A stretch of DNA of 64,000 nucleotides from Elusimicrobiota bacterium (lineage in GTDB: Bacteria; Elusimicrobiota; Elusimicrobia; Elusimicrobiales; UBA9959), in assembly GCA_026388155.1 (NCBI GenBank), contig JAPLKI010000006.1, forward strand, positions 68,401 to 132,400. The letters are read 5' to 3'. A model generated the notes under the pieces. The model searched no databases and was not told the origin of the DNA. It worked only from the letters and a program-made list of their open reading frames with translations. The position numbers were made by a program, and so were the translations under genes. Below, one piece after another: positions 1 to 11,063 of this stretch. The number at the start of each line of letters is the position of its first letter. The stretch's first letter is position 1.

Positions 1-3
1 CTT

Positions 4-1173
4 TTACAACATCGTAGCCGCGCTTATCGCGCAGCCTTTCAGTTTTTTTACTCCGGCACGGCCTTTTATTTCAAGCACCGGCCCCGCCAGGCCGCAGGAA
101 CATTTCCGGCGCACGCAGCCGAAATCCGAAGACAACACCGAAAGCGACGGGTAGCTTGTAAGATACGGCGTTATAAACTGCAAAAGACCCGTTTTACCAT
201 ATTCAAGCGGTTTAAGCGTACCGGGGTCGCGCGCTATTACGCGGCCGTAATTGGGAATGTGAAAGTTCCCAAGCCTGCAATCCACATAGGGAACGCCGTG
301 CTCCACCATGCCGAAAAGGTCACGCACCCGCTCCACGGGTATGCCCAGGTTATCGGCCAGGATCTTGCGGTAAACCTGCTTATCTATAGCTTCGTCGGAA
401 AGCGTTTTCCAGCCGCCGCCGGTAACCACGCTGGAACCGGGGTTAAGGCGCGGGTAGCGGCCATGGAGTTTTTTGAATTCCTCGGTGAGTTTAAGGGCGA
501 AAGCGGGAAAACCCACCAGGCGCACCAGGCTTTGAGAGGCCTCGAATTTTTTCATGGCCGAAACCGCGCCGTCAATATCAAAGTAAAAGTCATTTTTGGA
601 CTTGCTCCAGCGGAAAGTGTAGAAAATCTCGCCTTTTTTGGTAAACCCGGTAAGCAGTTTGTCGGTCCAGGCCGTACCCAGGTCTTTGGCGACTTCCGGG
701 TCGTAGGTGAAGCAGATATAATCGTGCGCGCGCTCAAGGTCCGTCAGGCCCAGGCCCTCGAACACTTTCCAGGCCATGCGGCGCACGCGCATAAGCGAGC
801 CCTTATCCAGCTGCATACGGCTGCGCTGGCCCGAAGTGCCGCTGGATTTAAGCTCCAGCACTATTTCACTCTCGGGCAGCGTGGTGAGGTCACGTTCTTT
901 AAGGGCCGCCACAAAAACATAAGGCATGGCGGCTATGTCCTTCTCCGCCTTTATTGAAGAGGGATCAAAGCCTTCCCGCTTAAAAAAACTGTTCAGGAAC
1001 TTTGAGCGCCGCGCCTGGAAGGCCATAGCTTCGCGCATAGCGGCGCAGAAGGCCTTTGAAGTTTTTGGCGAATATTCAAAAGCCGGCGTTTCAAAAAGCG
1101 CGTCAAGCGCGGTACGCCCCTTGAGCGGTTTATAAAAAGGCGGCAAGCGGTCTTCAATTGAAAGGTCGGCCAT
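4..1173 (-). CDS. LuxE-like acyl-protein synthetase / ANL-superfamily adenylate-forming enzyme
   Basis: 389 aa; SSGTSGQRS adenylation-type P-loop motif, GGGWK; size and motif spacing fit LuxE/PaaK-like family; stop TAA at 4-6. Confidence 0.5.
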   Translation of the reverse strand: MADLSIEDRLPPFYKPLKGRTALDALFETPAFEYSPKTSKAFCAAMREAMAFQARRSKFLNSFFKREGFDPSSIKAEKDIAAMPYVFVAALKERDLTTLPESEIVLELKSSGTSGQRSRMQLDKGSLMRVRRMAWKVFEGLGLTDLERAHDYICFTYDPEVAKDLGTAWTDKLLTGFTKKGEIFYTFRWSKSKNDFYFDIDGAVSAMKKFEASQSLVRLVGFPAFALKLTEEFKKLHGRYPRLNPGSSVVTGGGWKTLSDEAIDKQVYRKILADNLGIPVERVRDLFGMVEHGVPYVDCRLGNFHIPNYGRVIARDPGTLKPLEYGKTGLLQFITPYLTSYPSLSVLSSDFGCVRRKCSCGLAGPVLEIKGRAGVKKLKGCAISAATML

Positions 1174-1181
1174 AATTAATA

Positions 1182-1252
1182 GGGGCTAGCGGATAGAGGC
1201 GAGAGGATTAGGGAAGGAGTTCCTTAATACCTAACCTTCTACATATTACCCT
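1182..1252. repeat. Family-A intergenic palindromic element (core AGGGAAGGAGTTCCTTA), copy A1
   Basis: ggatagaggcgagaggattAGGGAAGGAGTTCCTTAat...; shares core and flanking GATAG/CTATAC words with 7 other copies. Confidence 0.6.
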
Positions 1253-1264
1253 TTCATCCTGTAA

Positions 1265-2461
1265 TTACTTCGGCTCCGATTTGAACACCAGTTCTATGTA
1301 GTTTTCACGCCAGAGCTTAAGATATTCCCTTAAGAAGTTCTTGTACAGCGAAATAATTTTCACGTTCCTGAAGTCCAGCACGTCAAAGGTGCGGGAGAAG
1401 GCTATGCAGTCGTAACGCTTCATGCCCACTTTTTTCACGCAGGGAAAATAGGCGCTCGGGATAAAGCGCGCGTCCATAGCTTCCCGCTGGAGGGCCGGGG
1501 AATAGGCGTCTATGATCACCTCTATGTAGGCCATATCCATTTCGCTTACTTTATGGGCCAGGCTTTCCAGCACCACAGTGAAACTTTTTTCCGCGCTCAT
1601 GCCGCCCACGATCACACTGTATTTGTCTTTTTTATTGTAGGTAAGGTAAACTTCGGTGGCCTGGTCGGGGGTAATAAGTATAAGGTTCGGCTCATGAAAG
1701 GGCATTACGATATGCTCGAAAAAACCGGAGTTTTTGAATTTTTTATACCGGTTTTTTATGAAATCCGGCGCGGTAATGACTTCAAAAGAAAGAGGCGGTA
1801 TTTTCTGCTTGTGATCGCTGTAGTCCCCCTGCACATCTTTAATTGAGGGCTTGTCCAGGTCCATCTGCCTGCTCACTATCTCGTAATAAGGAGCGACTTC
1901 GGGTATAAGGCGGGGCCGGCATCTCCGTTTTGACATGGCCTGGGCGGTGAAATAGCCCGTAAGGCAGTGCGTTTCATTTTCCTGCACTTTGTGGGTGTTA
2001 GGAAAAATACCGAGTTTCACAAAACCCAGGTTCTCGGTCAACTTCTGCGGGGCGTAATTGGCGGTGCGGGTCGTGGCGTATACCATGTCCACAAGGTCCT
2101 TTACCTTGGTGATATCGTCAAGGATAAGCTTCATCATGGTGTAGGCCAGATCAAGCTTGCGGAATTCCTGCGACACCACGGCGCCGAAGGCCTTGGAAAT
2201 ACGGTGAGGCAGATCCACTTCATAAACCAGGCTGCCAACTATCCTGTCGGAAGATTCGGCCACCAGCCAGTAATAATCGTCATGTTCTATGGCGCTGCGC
2301 ATCTTTTCTTTGTCCGTGACTATCGGAATGGAATAATTACCGCCGTATATTTCGGCGTAAAGCATTTGTATGCGGCGCATATCCTGAACTTTGGCAAGGC
2401 GTATTATCACATCCGGTTTGCCGGACACTTTTATTATCTGTTCTATTTTTTTGATAGACAT
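1265..2461 (-). CDS. hypothetical protein with GNAT-like N-terminal region
   Basis: 398 aa ORF, coding-like composition; N-terminus resembles acetyltransferase fold; no specific family recognised. Confidence 0.35.
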   Translation of the reverse strand: MSIKKIEQIIKVSGKPDVIIRLAKVQDMRRIQMLYAEIYGGNYSIPIVTDKEKMRSAIEHDDYYWLVAESSDRIVGSLVYEVDLPHRISKAFGAVVSQEFRKLDLAYTMMKLILDDITKVKDLVDMVYATTRTANYAPQKLTENLGFVKLGIFPNTHKVQENETHCLTGYFTAQAMSKRRCRPRLIPEVAPYYEIVSRQMDLDKPSIKDVQGDYSDHKQKIPPLSFEVITAPDFIKNRYKKFKNSGFFEHIVMPFHEPNLILITPDQATEVYLTYNKKDKYSVIVGGMSAEKSFTVVLESLAHKVSEMDMAYIEVIIDAYSPALQREAMDARFIPSAYFPCVKKVGMKRYDCIAFSRTFDVLDFRNVKIISLYKNFLREYLKLWRENYIELVFKSEPK

Positions 2462-2477
2462 AATTCCAACTCGCTCA

Positions 2478-2547
2478 TGCGAATATACTGCGAATGAAGA
2501 ATATGCGAATGTGTGCGAAACTTATAAGAATTCAAATTCATTCGCAT
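2478..2547. promoter_or_regulatory. array of TGCGAAT heptamers (x4 direct, ~10-15 bp phasing) plus inverted ATTCGCA in divergent promoter region
   Basis: tgcgaat at 2478, 2489, 2504, tgcgaaa 2514; attcgcatgag at 2540; lies between divergent genes 1265..2461(-) and 2610..3644(+). Confidence 0.3.
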
Positions 2548-2609
2548 GAGCTTATCCTTGAGATTTCCCCTTAATTAATATAATATAGTAAAAATCAAGG
2601 TATTTTTCT

Positions 2610-3644
2610 ATGGCAAAGGTCAAAAAATCCGCGGCCGGCGGTTTTATGAAGATAAAAATTATTTTACCGCTCGCGGCGGCGCTGCTGAGTGCCGCCTGCG
2701 CCTCGTTTCAGTCGGGCAACATACTGCTTGAAAGAAACACGCTTCAGGCGCTGCTTGAAGACAAAAGCATTAAGCCCTTCTCCAAAATTCAGGTAAGCTG
2801 GCAGAATTATCCGTTCAGAAATCCCACCGACTCAATAGGCGAGGGCTCTATTTCAAATCCCAAAATAATAGTTCCGCTGCCTGCGCAAAGCGAAGATCTG
2901 GAATATTTCAGGGGCAAAGCCGAAGATGTTTTAACCGAGTCCGGCCTTTATGACCTGAAAAACGGCTCCGGCACTATCAAGCTCAGTCTTACCACAGCAG
3001 GCCGCTGGACTTACCATGACCTTTTCAGGTCGTTCTTTGTGGAAACGCCTTTTGTTTTTATAATCCCCTCCTCCATAAAAGTCACCTACGCGTTAACAGC
3101 CGAATGCGCGGCTTCTTCCGGGACGCTGACGACAGAAGTAATAGCCTATAACAAGACCGCGTTTCACCTGCTGCTGGCGCCTTTGTATCCGCTCCTCTCC
3201 CCCGGAGCCGGGGAAAAAAGCCTGATAAGGCACATGATCTGGCGCGCATCCGCTGAAATTTATAAAAAAATGAAAAGCGGGGCGTATGAAAAGGAAAACC
3301 GCGGACAACGCCGTAAACCGGACAGCGCTCCGGGAACAGCGGGATGGACGGAAACACGCCCCCCTGCCGGCCCGCCGGAACCGCCGGACAGGACCTGGCT
3401 GCCGCCAAAACCGGCGGAAGGCGCACCCTCAGGCAATGATAACGAAGATTTTAAACCGATAGTTCCGGAAACTCCGGACAAAACATGGGTGGTGCCGCAA
3501 GCGCAAAAAATGGCGCAGGAAGACAAAGGCGAAACCGCCCAGCCGGCGGCGGAAATAAAACCGGCCCCGCCGGAAAGAACCTGGATACCGGCAACCGTAC
3601 CGGCGCAGGACGCTGACAAAAGCGGCGCCGAAAAAAAACCCTGA
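2610..3644 (+). CDS. lipoprotein with Pro-rich C-terminal repeats (PPERTWIP / PPDRTWLP / TPDKTWVVP)
   Basis: signal peptide + lipobox-like LLSAAC; repeated P-x-x-x-TW-x-P units in C-terminal third. Confidence 0.5.
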   Translation: MAKVKKSAAGGFMKIKIILPLAAALLSAACASFQSGNILLERNTLQALLEDKSIKPFSKIQVSWQNYPFRNPTDSIGEGSISNPKIIVPLPAQSEDLEYFRGKAEDVLTESGLYDLKNGSGTIKLSLTTAGRWTYHDLFRSFFVETPFVFIIPSSIKVTYALTAECAASSGTLTTEVIAYNKTAFHLLLAPLYPLLSPGAGEKSLIRHMIWRASAEIYKKMKSGAYEKENRGQRRKPDSAPGTAGWTETRPPAGPPEPPDRTWLPPKPAEGAPSGNDNEDFKPIVPETPDKTWVVPQAQKMAQEDKGETAQPAAEIKPAPPERTWIPATVPAQDADKSGAEKKP

Positions 3645-3649
3645 CGATT

Positions 3650-3780
3650 AAACAGGTTGCAGGTGTCAGGTAGCAGGTTACAGGGGAGACGGTTTTGTGG
3701 TTTTACCCCCGGCTTTCCAAGACTCTTATTTTCCAGTTTTCTGCCTGACACCTGTACCCTGTAACCTTTCCGTTAACAGT
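3650..3780. repeat. long imperfect palindrome built from CAGGT/ACCTG words
   Basis: caggttgcaggtgtcaggtagcaggttacagggg ... cctgacacctgtaccctgtaacc. Confidence 0.45.
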
Positions 3781-3785
3781 GTAAT

Positions 3786-3823
3786 AAAAAAGCCCTCCGC
3801 GTGAAGCGGAGGGCTTTTTTATT
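3786..3823. terminator. bidirectional rho-independent terminator
   Basis: aaaaaagccctccgcgtgaagcggagggcttttttatt; A-tract/T-tract flanking GC stem; between convergent genes. Confidence 0.75.
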
Positions 3824-3840
3824 CGCTTTGATCGTCCGGC

Positions 3841-4353
3841 CTAGTCTTCGTCTTTCGCCTGCCCGGAAGTTTTACCGGCCGGTTTGTCGGTTTTCACGGC
3901 ATTTTCGGTTTTCACGGCGCTGGCCGGCGCCGGTTTCACTTCAGCTTTTTCAGCGGCGGGAAGTTTTGACAGGGCCTCTTTGGCGTCCTGGACGAATACG
4001 CTGTCCGGGTTGTCTTTTATAAACTTAGATAGCGCCAGGCGGCCATCCTCAACATTGCCGTCCACCGACAGCTGGACGGCGTCCGTGAACTGGCTTTTTT
4101 CGGCGTCCAGTTTTTTCTGGGCGTTGTCCGAAACACCGCCCTTCCAGTAAAGCGCCATGGGGTCAGAACCCTGCTTTGCGCCTCTTACCGCGGCCACCGC
4201 GCTCACCCTGGTTTTTGACGTAAGACGGGTCTGTATCCTGGTTTTAAGGCCTTTAAGGAGATTATTGTACCAGCCTTGCCAGTCTTTTGATTCCTGGGCC
4301 ATTACGGAATTAACGGAAAACATCAGCACCAGCGCGAACAATGTTTTTTTCAT
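3841..4353 (-). CDS. secreted hypothetical protein
   Basis: start moved to MKKTLFALVLMF (signal peptide) with AGAGG RBS; K/A/E-rich C-terminus. Confidence 0.5.
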   Translation of the reverse strand: MKKTLFALVLMFSVNSVMAQESKDWQGWYNNLLKGLKTRIQTRLTSKTRVSAVAAVRGAKQGSDPMALYWKGGVSDNAQKKLDAEKSQFTDAVQLSVDGNVEDGRLALSKFIKDNPDSVFVQDAKEALSKLPAAEKAEVKPAPASAVKTENAVKTDKPAGKTSGQAKDED

Positions 4354-4494
4354 AACCACACCTCTTTTAGTTGTCTGCCGTTCAATCCCGGCGCACACCG
4401 ATATAATAACTCATGGAACGACAATTTTCAATGGACTTTCAGTCACAGCCGCTTTTCACCCGCACGATTTTTTTCAGCCGCGGGCGGCCGGGAA

Positions 4495-7400
4495 CTATTT
4501 TGCAAGTTTATCCCCGATATCCTTCAGGTCCGGATTGATTTTCGCCGCTCTGTCCACGAAAGTTCTGACATCGTCCTGATTTCCGGTTTTTACGGCGGTC
4601 CGGGCCAGGTTCAGCCAGATATCTCCGTCGTAGGAGTCGGCCTTGGCGGCCTTCATATAAAAAGCTCGCGCCTCGTCGTATTTGCCGAGCGAGAAACTTA
4701 TGTTGCCCAGGTTATTGATGGCTGCGGCATTTTTAGGGTCTTTCTCAAGCACCTTGTTCAGGCGCTTTATCCCCTCATCATAATCCTTGTACTGGCCCGC
4801 CAAAATACCGAGGTTCAGATTGGCGTCCAGATCGCTTGGGTTTTCACGCAGCACATTTCCGTAGTATTTTTTGAAATATTCATATCGCGCCTTCATCAGA
4901 ACGTCAACGGCCCCCGTCACCCTTTCAGCAAGATTCGGAAGATCGTATTTTTCGTCTCCCGTTTCGGCGAGGGTAACCGGTTCGAACTCGCTCCAGGCCG
5001 CGTGGGTGTCTATTATCCTGACATCCGCGCCGGCTTTTTTGTACATGTCGGCCTGGTGAACTATGGCGTCATAAATATTAGTTCCCACCATGGTGGTTTC
5101 AAGCCCCACCCACCAAGTGTTGTTGTAATTTATAAGATATTCTTCAGGGATGCCGACCTCCTTGGCTTCCGAGGCGCCGGTGTCGAACATCATTGATATG
5201 TGCGCGGGGTAATCAAGCAGGGCCGTGTGTACGCCTGAGGCCTCAAGCATCGAGGTGAACAGCGCCGTCAGGTCGTCGCAGTCGCCGCTTCTGAGCTTCA
5301 GGGTGGTGCGGGGGAACTGCACGGTGTCCAGGGACAGATCCTTTGCGGATGAGGATTTTATAGCCGCGTACGGGTTTGTCGGGTCCGACAAGTAGCTTAC
5401 CCCGTGCTCGCCCAGCGCCTCCCAGACCATCAGGGCCGTAACCAGGTTTTCGTTTAAAAGGTCCGATTCTTTTTCAAACTTTTTCTTGTTGCTCAGCGCG
5501 TAACGGTCAAAAGCGAACACCGGGGTGTCTTTGGGAGTGATGAAGTTCCCCATGCGCTCCGCCCTGTCCCACACTATGGCGTTCTTTGACAGAACCTTTA
5601 CCGGCTTGTTCAGCTGGAAAGTTTTCTCCTGCCCGTCCATATAATAGGTCAGCGTCAACTGGCATTGCACCGGCGTATCCTCGGTGATGCTCAGTATGCG
5701 GTTGTTCAGGGTAGCCATCAGGTCCACTTTGGCGGTGGCTTTGGGACCTATTTCCGGCACCACGGTGTCGGTGGGAAAATCCATAAAATCCTTGAAGTAG
5801 AAGGAAAGCTTGACGTTGCTGAAGGCGGTGTCGGTGTTGTTTTTCACCGTCACCCTGCCCACCGGGTTTTTGAGATAGTGCTTATAATTTGCCGAGAATA
5901 TATAGTTAAGCTCGGTGGGCACTATTTCCATGGGAGCCATGTTTTTGGCGTCGCCCGTATATGAGCCGTCGGCGGAGGCGGACTGCACCTGCACTCTTTC
6001 CGCCGGCTCCTGAGGGCCTTCTAAAAACACCTCCACGGGCTCGCTCATTTCGCCTGTGGAACCGGTAACGGAAACACTGACCACGGAATAATAATAGGTG
6101 GCGTTCAAAGCCAGACCGGAGTCGGAATACTCGGGCTTAACGGGCGAAGCCACAAGCTTGGGTTCCACGTCCGGATTATTGGCCCTGTAAAGGACGAATT
6201 TCTTGATCCAGGGGCCGGCTTTAGTCTGCCAGGAAAGTTTAACCGCGGCTCCTTCAACGGAAGCCGCCAGCAGCGGGGCCTCGGGTATGTAATCCAGGCT
6301 GAAGGCGAGTATCCTCGCGCCCTCTTTGTCTGAAATGTAGAGCGTGTTGCCTCTTACGGCAAGATACTGCGGGTCCAGCAGTTCCCGCTCGCCCTTGCCT
6401 TTGGCGAAAAAGCTGGCCGTGAATTTGCCGTTTTCGTCAAAGACCTTCACATTTGAAGCTCCCTTGTCAAGAATATAGAAATAGCCTTTGCCGTCGTAGG
6501 CGAGCGCCACGGGGTTCTGCAGATCGCCGGAATCCTCCCAGATCCTGAGAAATTTGCCCGAAGCGTCGGTCACTATCACCTTCTTAAGCCCGGCATCCAG
6601 AATATAAACGTTCCTGTTATTGTCCAGGCTCACGCTGATCGGTTTCTGCAGGATAATGCCGCCGATCTTCGGGCCCGCGGTGAACAGAAAAAACCCGTCG
6701 GAATTAAAGGCCTGCATCCGCTTATTGCCCGTGTCGGCTATGTATATATTGCCCTTGCTGCTTACGGCAAGGCCGGAAGGGCTGTCAAAATTGCCCTCCT
6801 TTGAACCGCTTTCGCCGAACGAATTCACGAAAGTGTCCGAGGCGTCAAAGATCTGCAGCCTGTCATTGCCGGTGTCCGCCACGTAAAGCCTGCCCGCCGA
6901 ATCGGAGGCGAAACCAGCGGGGTTTTTCACCTGGCCCTGTTCTTTGCCCTGGCGCAGCAGCGTTTTTTTGCCGGAAGCGTCTATGCGCGCGGCCTCGCGG
7001 CCTTCCGGCAGCCAGGCGACTATCGCGCCGTTGGGCCTTACCACAAAAGCCTCGGCCTTGAAAGCGTATTTACTGGAAGGCCCTTTTATATTAAAGCGGC
7101 CCGCGGCTGCGGCTTTTTCCAGCTTCATTTCCGGCAGCTGACCCTCAAGGTTTATGATGGAAACTTTTTTATTGCCTTCGTCGCAGAGATAAAGCAGGCC
7201 GGCGGCGTCAAGCGTTATATCGCTTAATTTCAGAAATTCGCTCTTGCCCTTGCCCCTGGTGCCGAAAGTTCCCGCCACCTCTCCGTTCTGGTCCAGCTCC
7301 CGCACCTTCCCCTCCTTGCCGTTTACGACATACACAACGCCGTACTCGCTTACGGTCATGGCGTTGTTTTCCATGGAATATTCTTTTACAAGCCTGCCGG

Positions 7401-7986
7401 TCCTGTCGTATTTCTGTATAAGGGCCTGGTCCGGAGACGAGACATAAATAAATCCCGCCCGGTCAGCGACTATCTTTGAAAGTTTGAACTTGGCGTTGCC
7501 GCCTTTAAATACGGGGAATCCGTAGAGAAAAATGCCGTCGGAATTAAAAATCTCGACCCTGGCGTTGCCGGTATCAGCCACATAAAGGCGCTCGTCAGGG
7601 CCGAAGGCCACTCCCATGGGGGAATCAAGCTGGCCGGGCGCGGAACCGGAACCCGAAAACTGCCAAAGCGCGTTGCCTTCGCTGTCCAAAACGGCGATCT
7701 TTGAGGCATCGCTTTCAGCCACGTATAATTTACCGTTCCCGAAAGAGATCCCGGAGGGCGTCGCAAGCGGCGCCTTGGTTTTATTCAGCAGTTTGCCTGC
7801 GGGATCAAAAATAAAAACGGCGTTGGCTTTCGTGTCGGCCACGAAGATCCGGCCTTCAGCCGTGGCCACGGCTGAAGGTTTTACCATAGCCGAATTGGTT
7901 ATCTGGCCCTTGAACTCTATCTTTTCATAAGCCCCCGCATAGGAGCACGACAAAAGGAATACGGAATAAAAAAGGATCTTTTTCAT
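4495..7986 (-). CDS. large secreted NHL-repeat beta-propeller / fibronectin-III / transglutaminase-like cysteine protease / TPR multidomain protein
   Basis: signal peptide; repeated NHL-type units (…YVADTGNxR…); TGase-like core LRSGDCDDLTALFTSMLEASGV…H…D; C-terminal TPR repeats; AGGAGG RBS. Confidence 0.7.
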   Translation of the reverse strand: MKKILFYSVFLLSCSYAGAYEKIEFKGQITNSAMVKPSAVATAEGRIFVADTKANAVFIFDPAGKLLNKTKAPLATPSGISFGNGKLYVAESDASKIAVLDSEGNALWQFSGSGSAPGQLDSPMGVAFGPDERLYVADTGNARVEIFNSDGIFLYGFPVFKGGNAKFKLSKIVADRAGFIYVSSPDQALIQKYDRTGRLVKEYSMENNAMTVSEYGVVYVVNGKEGKVRELDQNGEVAGTFGTRGKGKSEFLKLSDITLDAAGLLYLCDEGNKKVSIINLEGQLPEMKLEKAAAAGRFNIKGPSSKYAFKAEAFVVRPNGAIVAWLPEGREAARIDASGKKTLLRQGKEQGQVKNPAGFASDSAGRLYVADTGNDRLQIFDASDTFVNSFGESGSKEGNFDSPSGLAVSSKGNIYIADTGNKRMQAFNSDGFFLFTAGPKIGGIILQKPISVSLDNNRNVYILDAGLKKVIVTDASGKFLRIWEDSGDLQNPVALAYDGKGYFYILDKGASNVKVFDENGKFTASFFAKGKGERELLDPQYLAVRGNTLYISDKEGARILAFSLDYIPEAPLLAASVEGAAVKLSWQTKAGPWIKKFVLYRANNPDVEPKLVASPVKPEYSDSGLALNATYYYSVVSVSVTGSTGEMSEPVEVFLEGPQEPAERVQVQSASADGSYTGDAKNMAPMEIVPTELNYIFSANYKHYLKNPVGRVTVKNNTDTAFSNVKLSFYFKDFMDFPTDTVVPEIGPKATAKVDLMATLNNRILSITEDTPVQCQLTLTYYMDGQEKTFQLNKPVKVLSKNAIVWDRAERMGNFITPKDTPVFAFDRYALSNKKKFEKESDLLNENLVTALMVWEALGEHGVSYLSDPTNPYAAIKSSSAKDLSLDTVQFPRTTLKLRSGDCDDLTALFTSMLEASGVHTALLDYPAHISMMFDTGASEAKEVGIPEEYLINYNNTWWVGLETTMVGTNIYDAIVHQADMYKKAGADVRIIDTHAAWSEFEPVTLAETGDEKYDLPNLAERVTGAVDVLMKARYEYFKKYYGNVLRENPSDLDANLNLGILAGQYKDYDEGIKRLNKVLEKDPKNAAAINNLGNISFSLGKYDEARAFYMKAAKADSYDGDIWLNLARTAVKTGNQDDVRTFVDRAAKINPDLKDIGDKLAK

Positions 7987-8248
7987 TTAACCCTCCTGAA
8001 AATGATTACCGGTTAATTCTATTATATTTAGCGGGCTCTGCAAAGTGTATTTTTGGGATATTAGAAAATTTAAAAATGACATAAGTTTTTATACTTTCCA
8101 ACGCTCCCTTTTAGTTTCTAGAATAGATACAGATGTTCCGGCAGGCTGTCTGGCTCTGAAGCGCTGAAGAGCTGAAGCCTGAAGTTTTTCTTTCAACGCT
8201 TCGTAATTGCGGCTTTCAGCCATTCTACTTATAAAGAGGTTTTATATC

Positions 8249-8923
8249 ATGGATATCACATTTATTAAAAGACTGGTTACAACTTCAATAGGGCGGAAAG
8301 CCCTGATGGCCGTTTCCGGGCTCGCGCTGGGAATTTTTATGCTGGTGCACCTGGCCGAGAACCTGCTGCTGTTCAAGGGCGAGATAGCCTATAACAACTG
8401 GGTGGACCTGCTGCTTACAAACCCGGTGACCCCTTTCCTGGAGTGGGGCCTGGCCGCGGTATTTCTGGTCCATATCTTTTTCGGCGCCTGGGTGCGCCTG
8501 GAAGACTGGCTGAACGCCCCCAGAGGCTATGAAGCCCGGAAATGGCAGGGCGGCCGCACTATAGGCTCCGCCACCCAGCTTTATACCGCCGCGGCAATTC
8601 TGGCTTACCTGACATACCATATGCTGACTTTCAAGTTCGTGGACCATTCCATCGGCTTTTATCAGATGGTTACCTCGGCTTTCAGAAGCAGGGTTTTTGT
8701 GGCGGTATACATCTGCGGCGCGGTGGCGCTGGTCATACACCTGACCCACGGCCTGCAGAGCGCGTTCCAGACTTTGGGCGTAAACCACCCCAAATATACC
8801 CCTATCATCAAGGCAGGCGGCTGGCTAGTGGCGCTGGCTATGCTGGGTTTTGCGTGCATTTCGGTATATTTCCTGCTTAATCTTGACTCAGGAACGGCGG
8901 CAAACATGGTGGTGGTTATATAA
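8249..8923 (+). CDS. sdhC: succinate dehydrogenase/fumarate reductase cytochrome b subunit
   Basis: 5 TM helices with His ligands, Bacillus/Geobacter-type b subunit; AAGAGG RBS before ATG 8249; directly upstream of sdhA. Confidence 0.75.
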   Translation: MDITFIKRLVTTSIGRKALMAVSGLALGIFMLVHLAENLLLFKGEIAYNNWVDLLLTNPVTPFLEWGLAAVFLVHIFFGAWVRLEDWLNAPRGYEARKWQGGRTIGSATQLYTAAAILAYLTYHMLTFKFVDHSIGFYQMVTSAFRSRVFVAVYICGAVALVIHLTHGLQSAFQTLGVNHPKYTPIIKAGGWLVALAMLGFACISVYFLLNLDSGTAANMVVVI

Positions 8924-9045
8924 TAGTGGGTAGTGTAGAGTGGATAGTGTAGAGATTGGAAAAGAGTTCTCTTCATACTCTACACACTACACTCTCAACT
9001 CTACACTTTCGATTTGGTTTTCAGTATATCGTGGAGGATAAAAAT
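8924..9045. repeat. palindrome of GTGTAGAG / CTCTACAC words between sdhC and sdhA
   Basis: agtgtagagtggatagtgtagag…ctctacacactacactctcaactctacac. Confidence 0.5.
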
Positions 9046-10959
<1,914 letters not shown>

Positions 10960-10964
10960 CGAAA

Positions 10965-11047
10965 GGGGATAGCGTATAGAGACTAGGGTTTAGGGAAGGA
11001 GTTCCTTATTTCGGAACCCTATACCCTCGCCCCTATACGCTGCTATT
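10965..11047. repeat. Family-A palindromic element copy A2, located in sdhA-sdhB intercistronic gap
   Basis: ggggatagcgtatagagactagggtttAGGGAAGGAGTTCCTTAtttcggaaccctataccctcgcccctatacgctgctat; arms gatagcgtatag / ctatacgctgctat. Confidence 0.65.
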
Positions 11048-11063
11048 ATCAGGAGGCTTTATC

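Noticed and set aside
259-957. Long ORFs antisense to strongly supported genes (e.g. 259..957+, 8285..8788-, 9107..9565-, 42124..43233-, 57595..58788+, 58941..60116+, 26518..27143+)
   Set aside because: High-GC shadow frames. Translations are low-complexity and Arg/Gly/Pro-rich, and they overlap genes with clear family signatures on the other strand.
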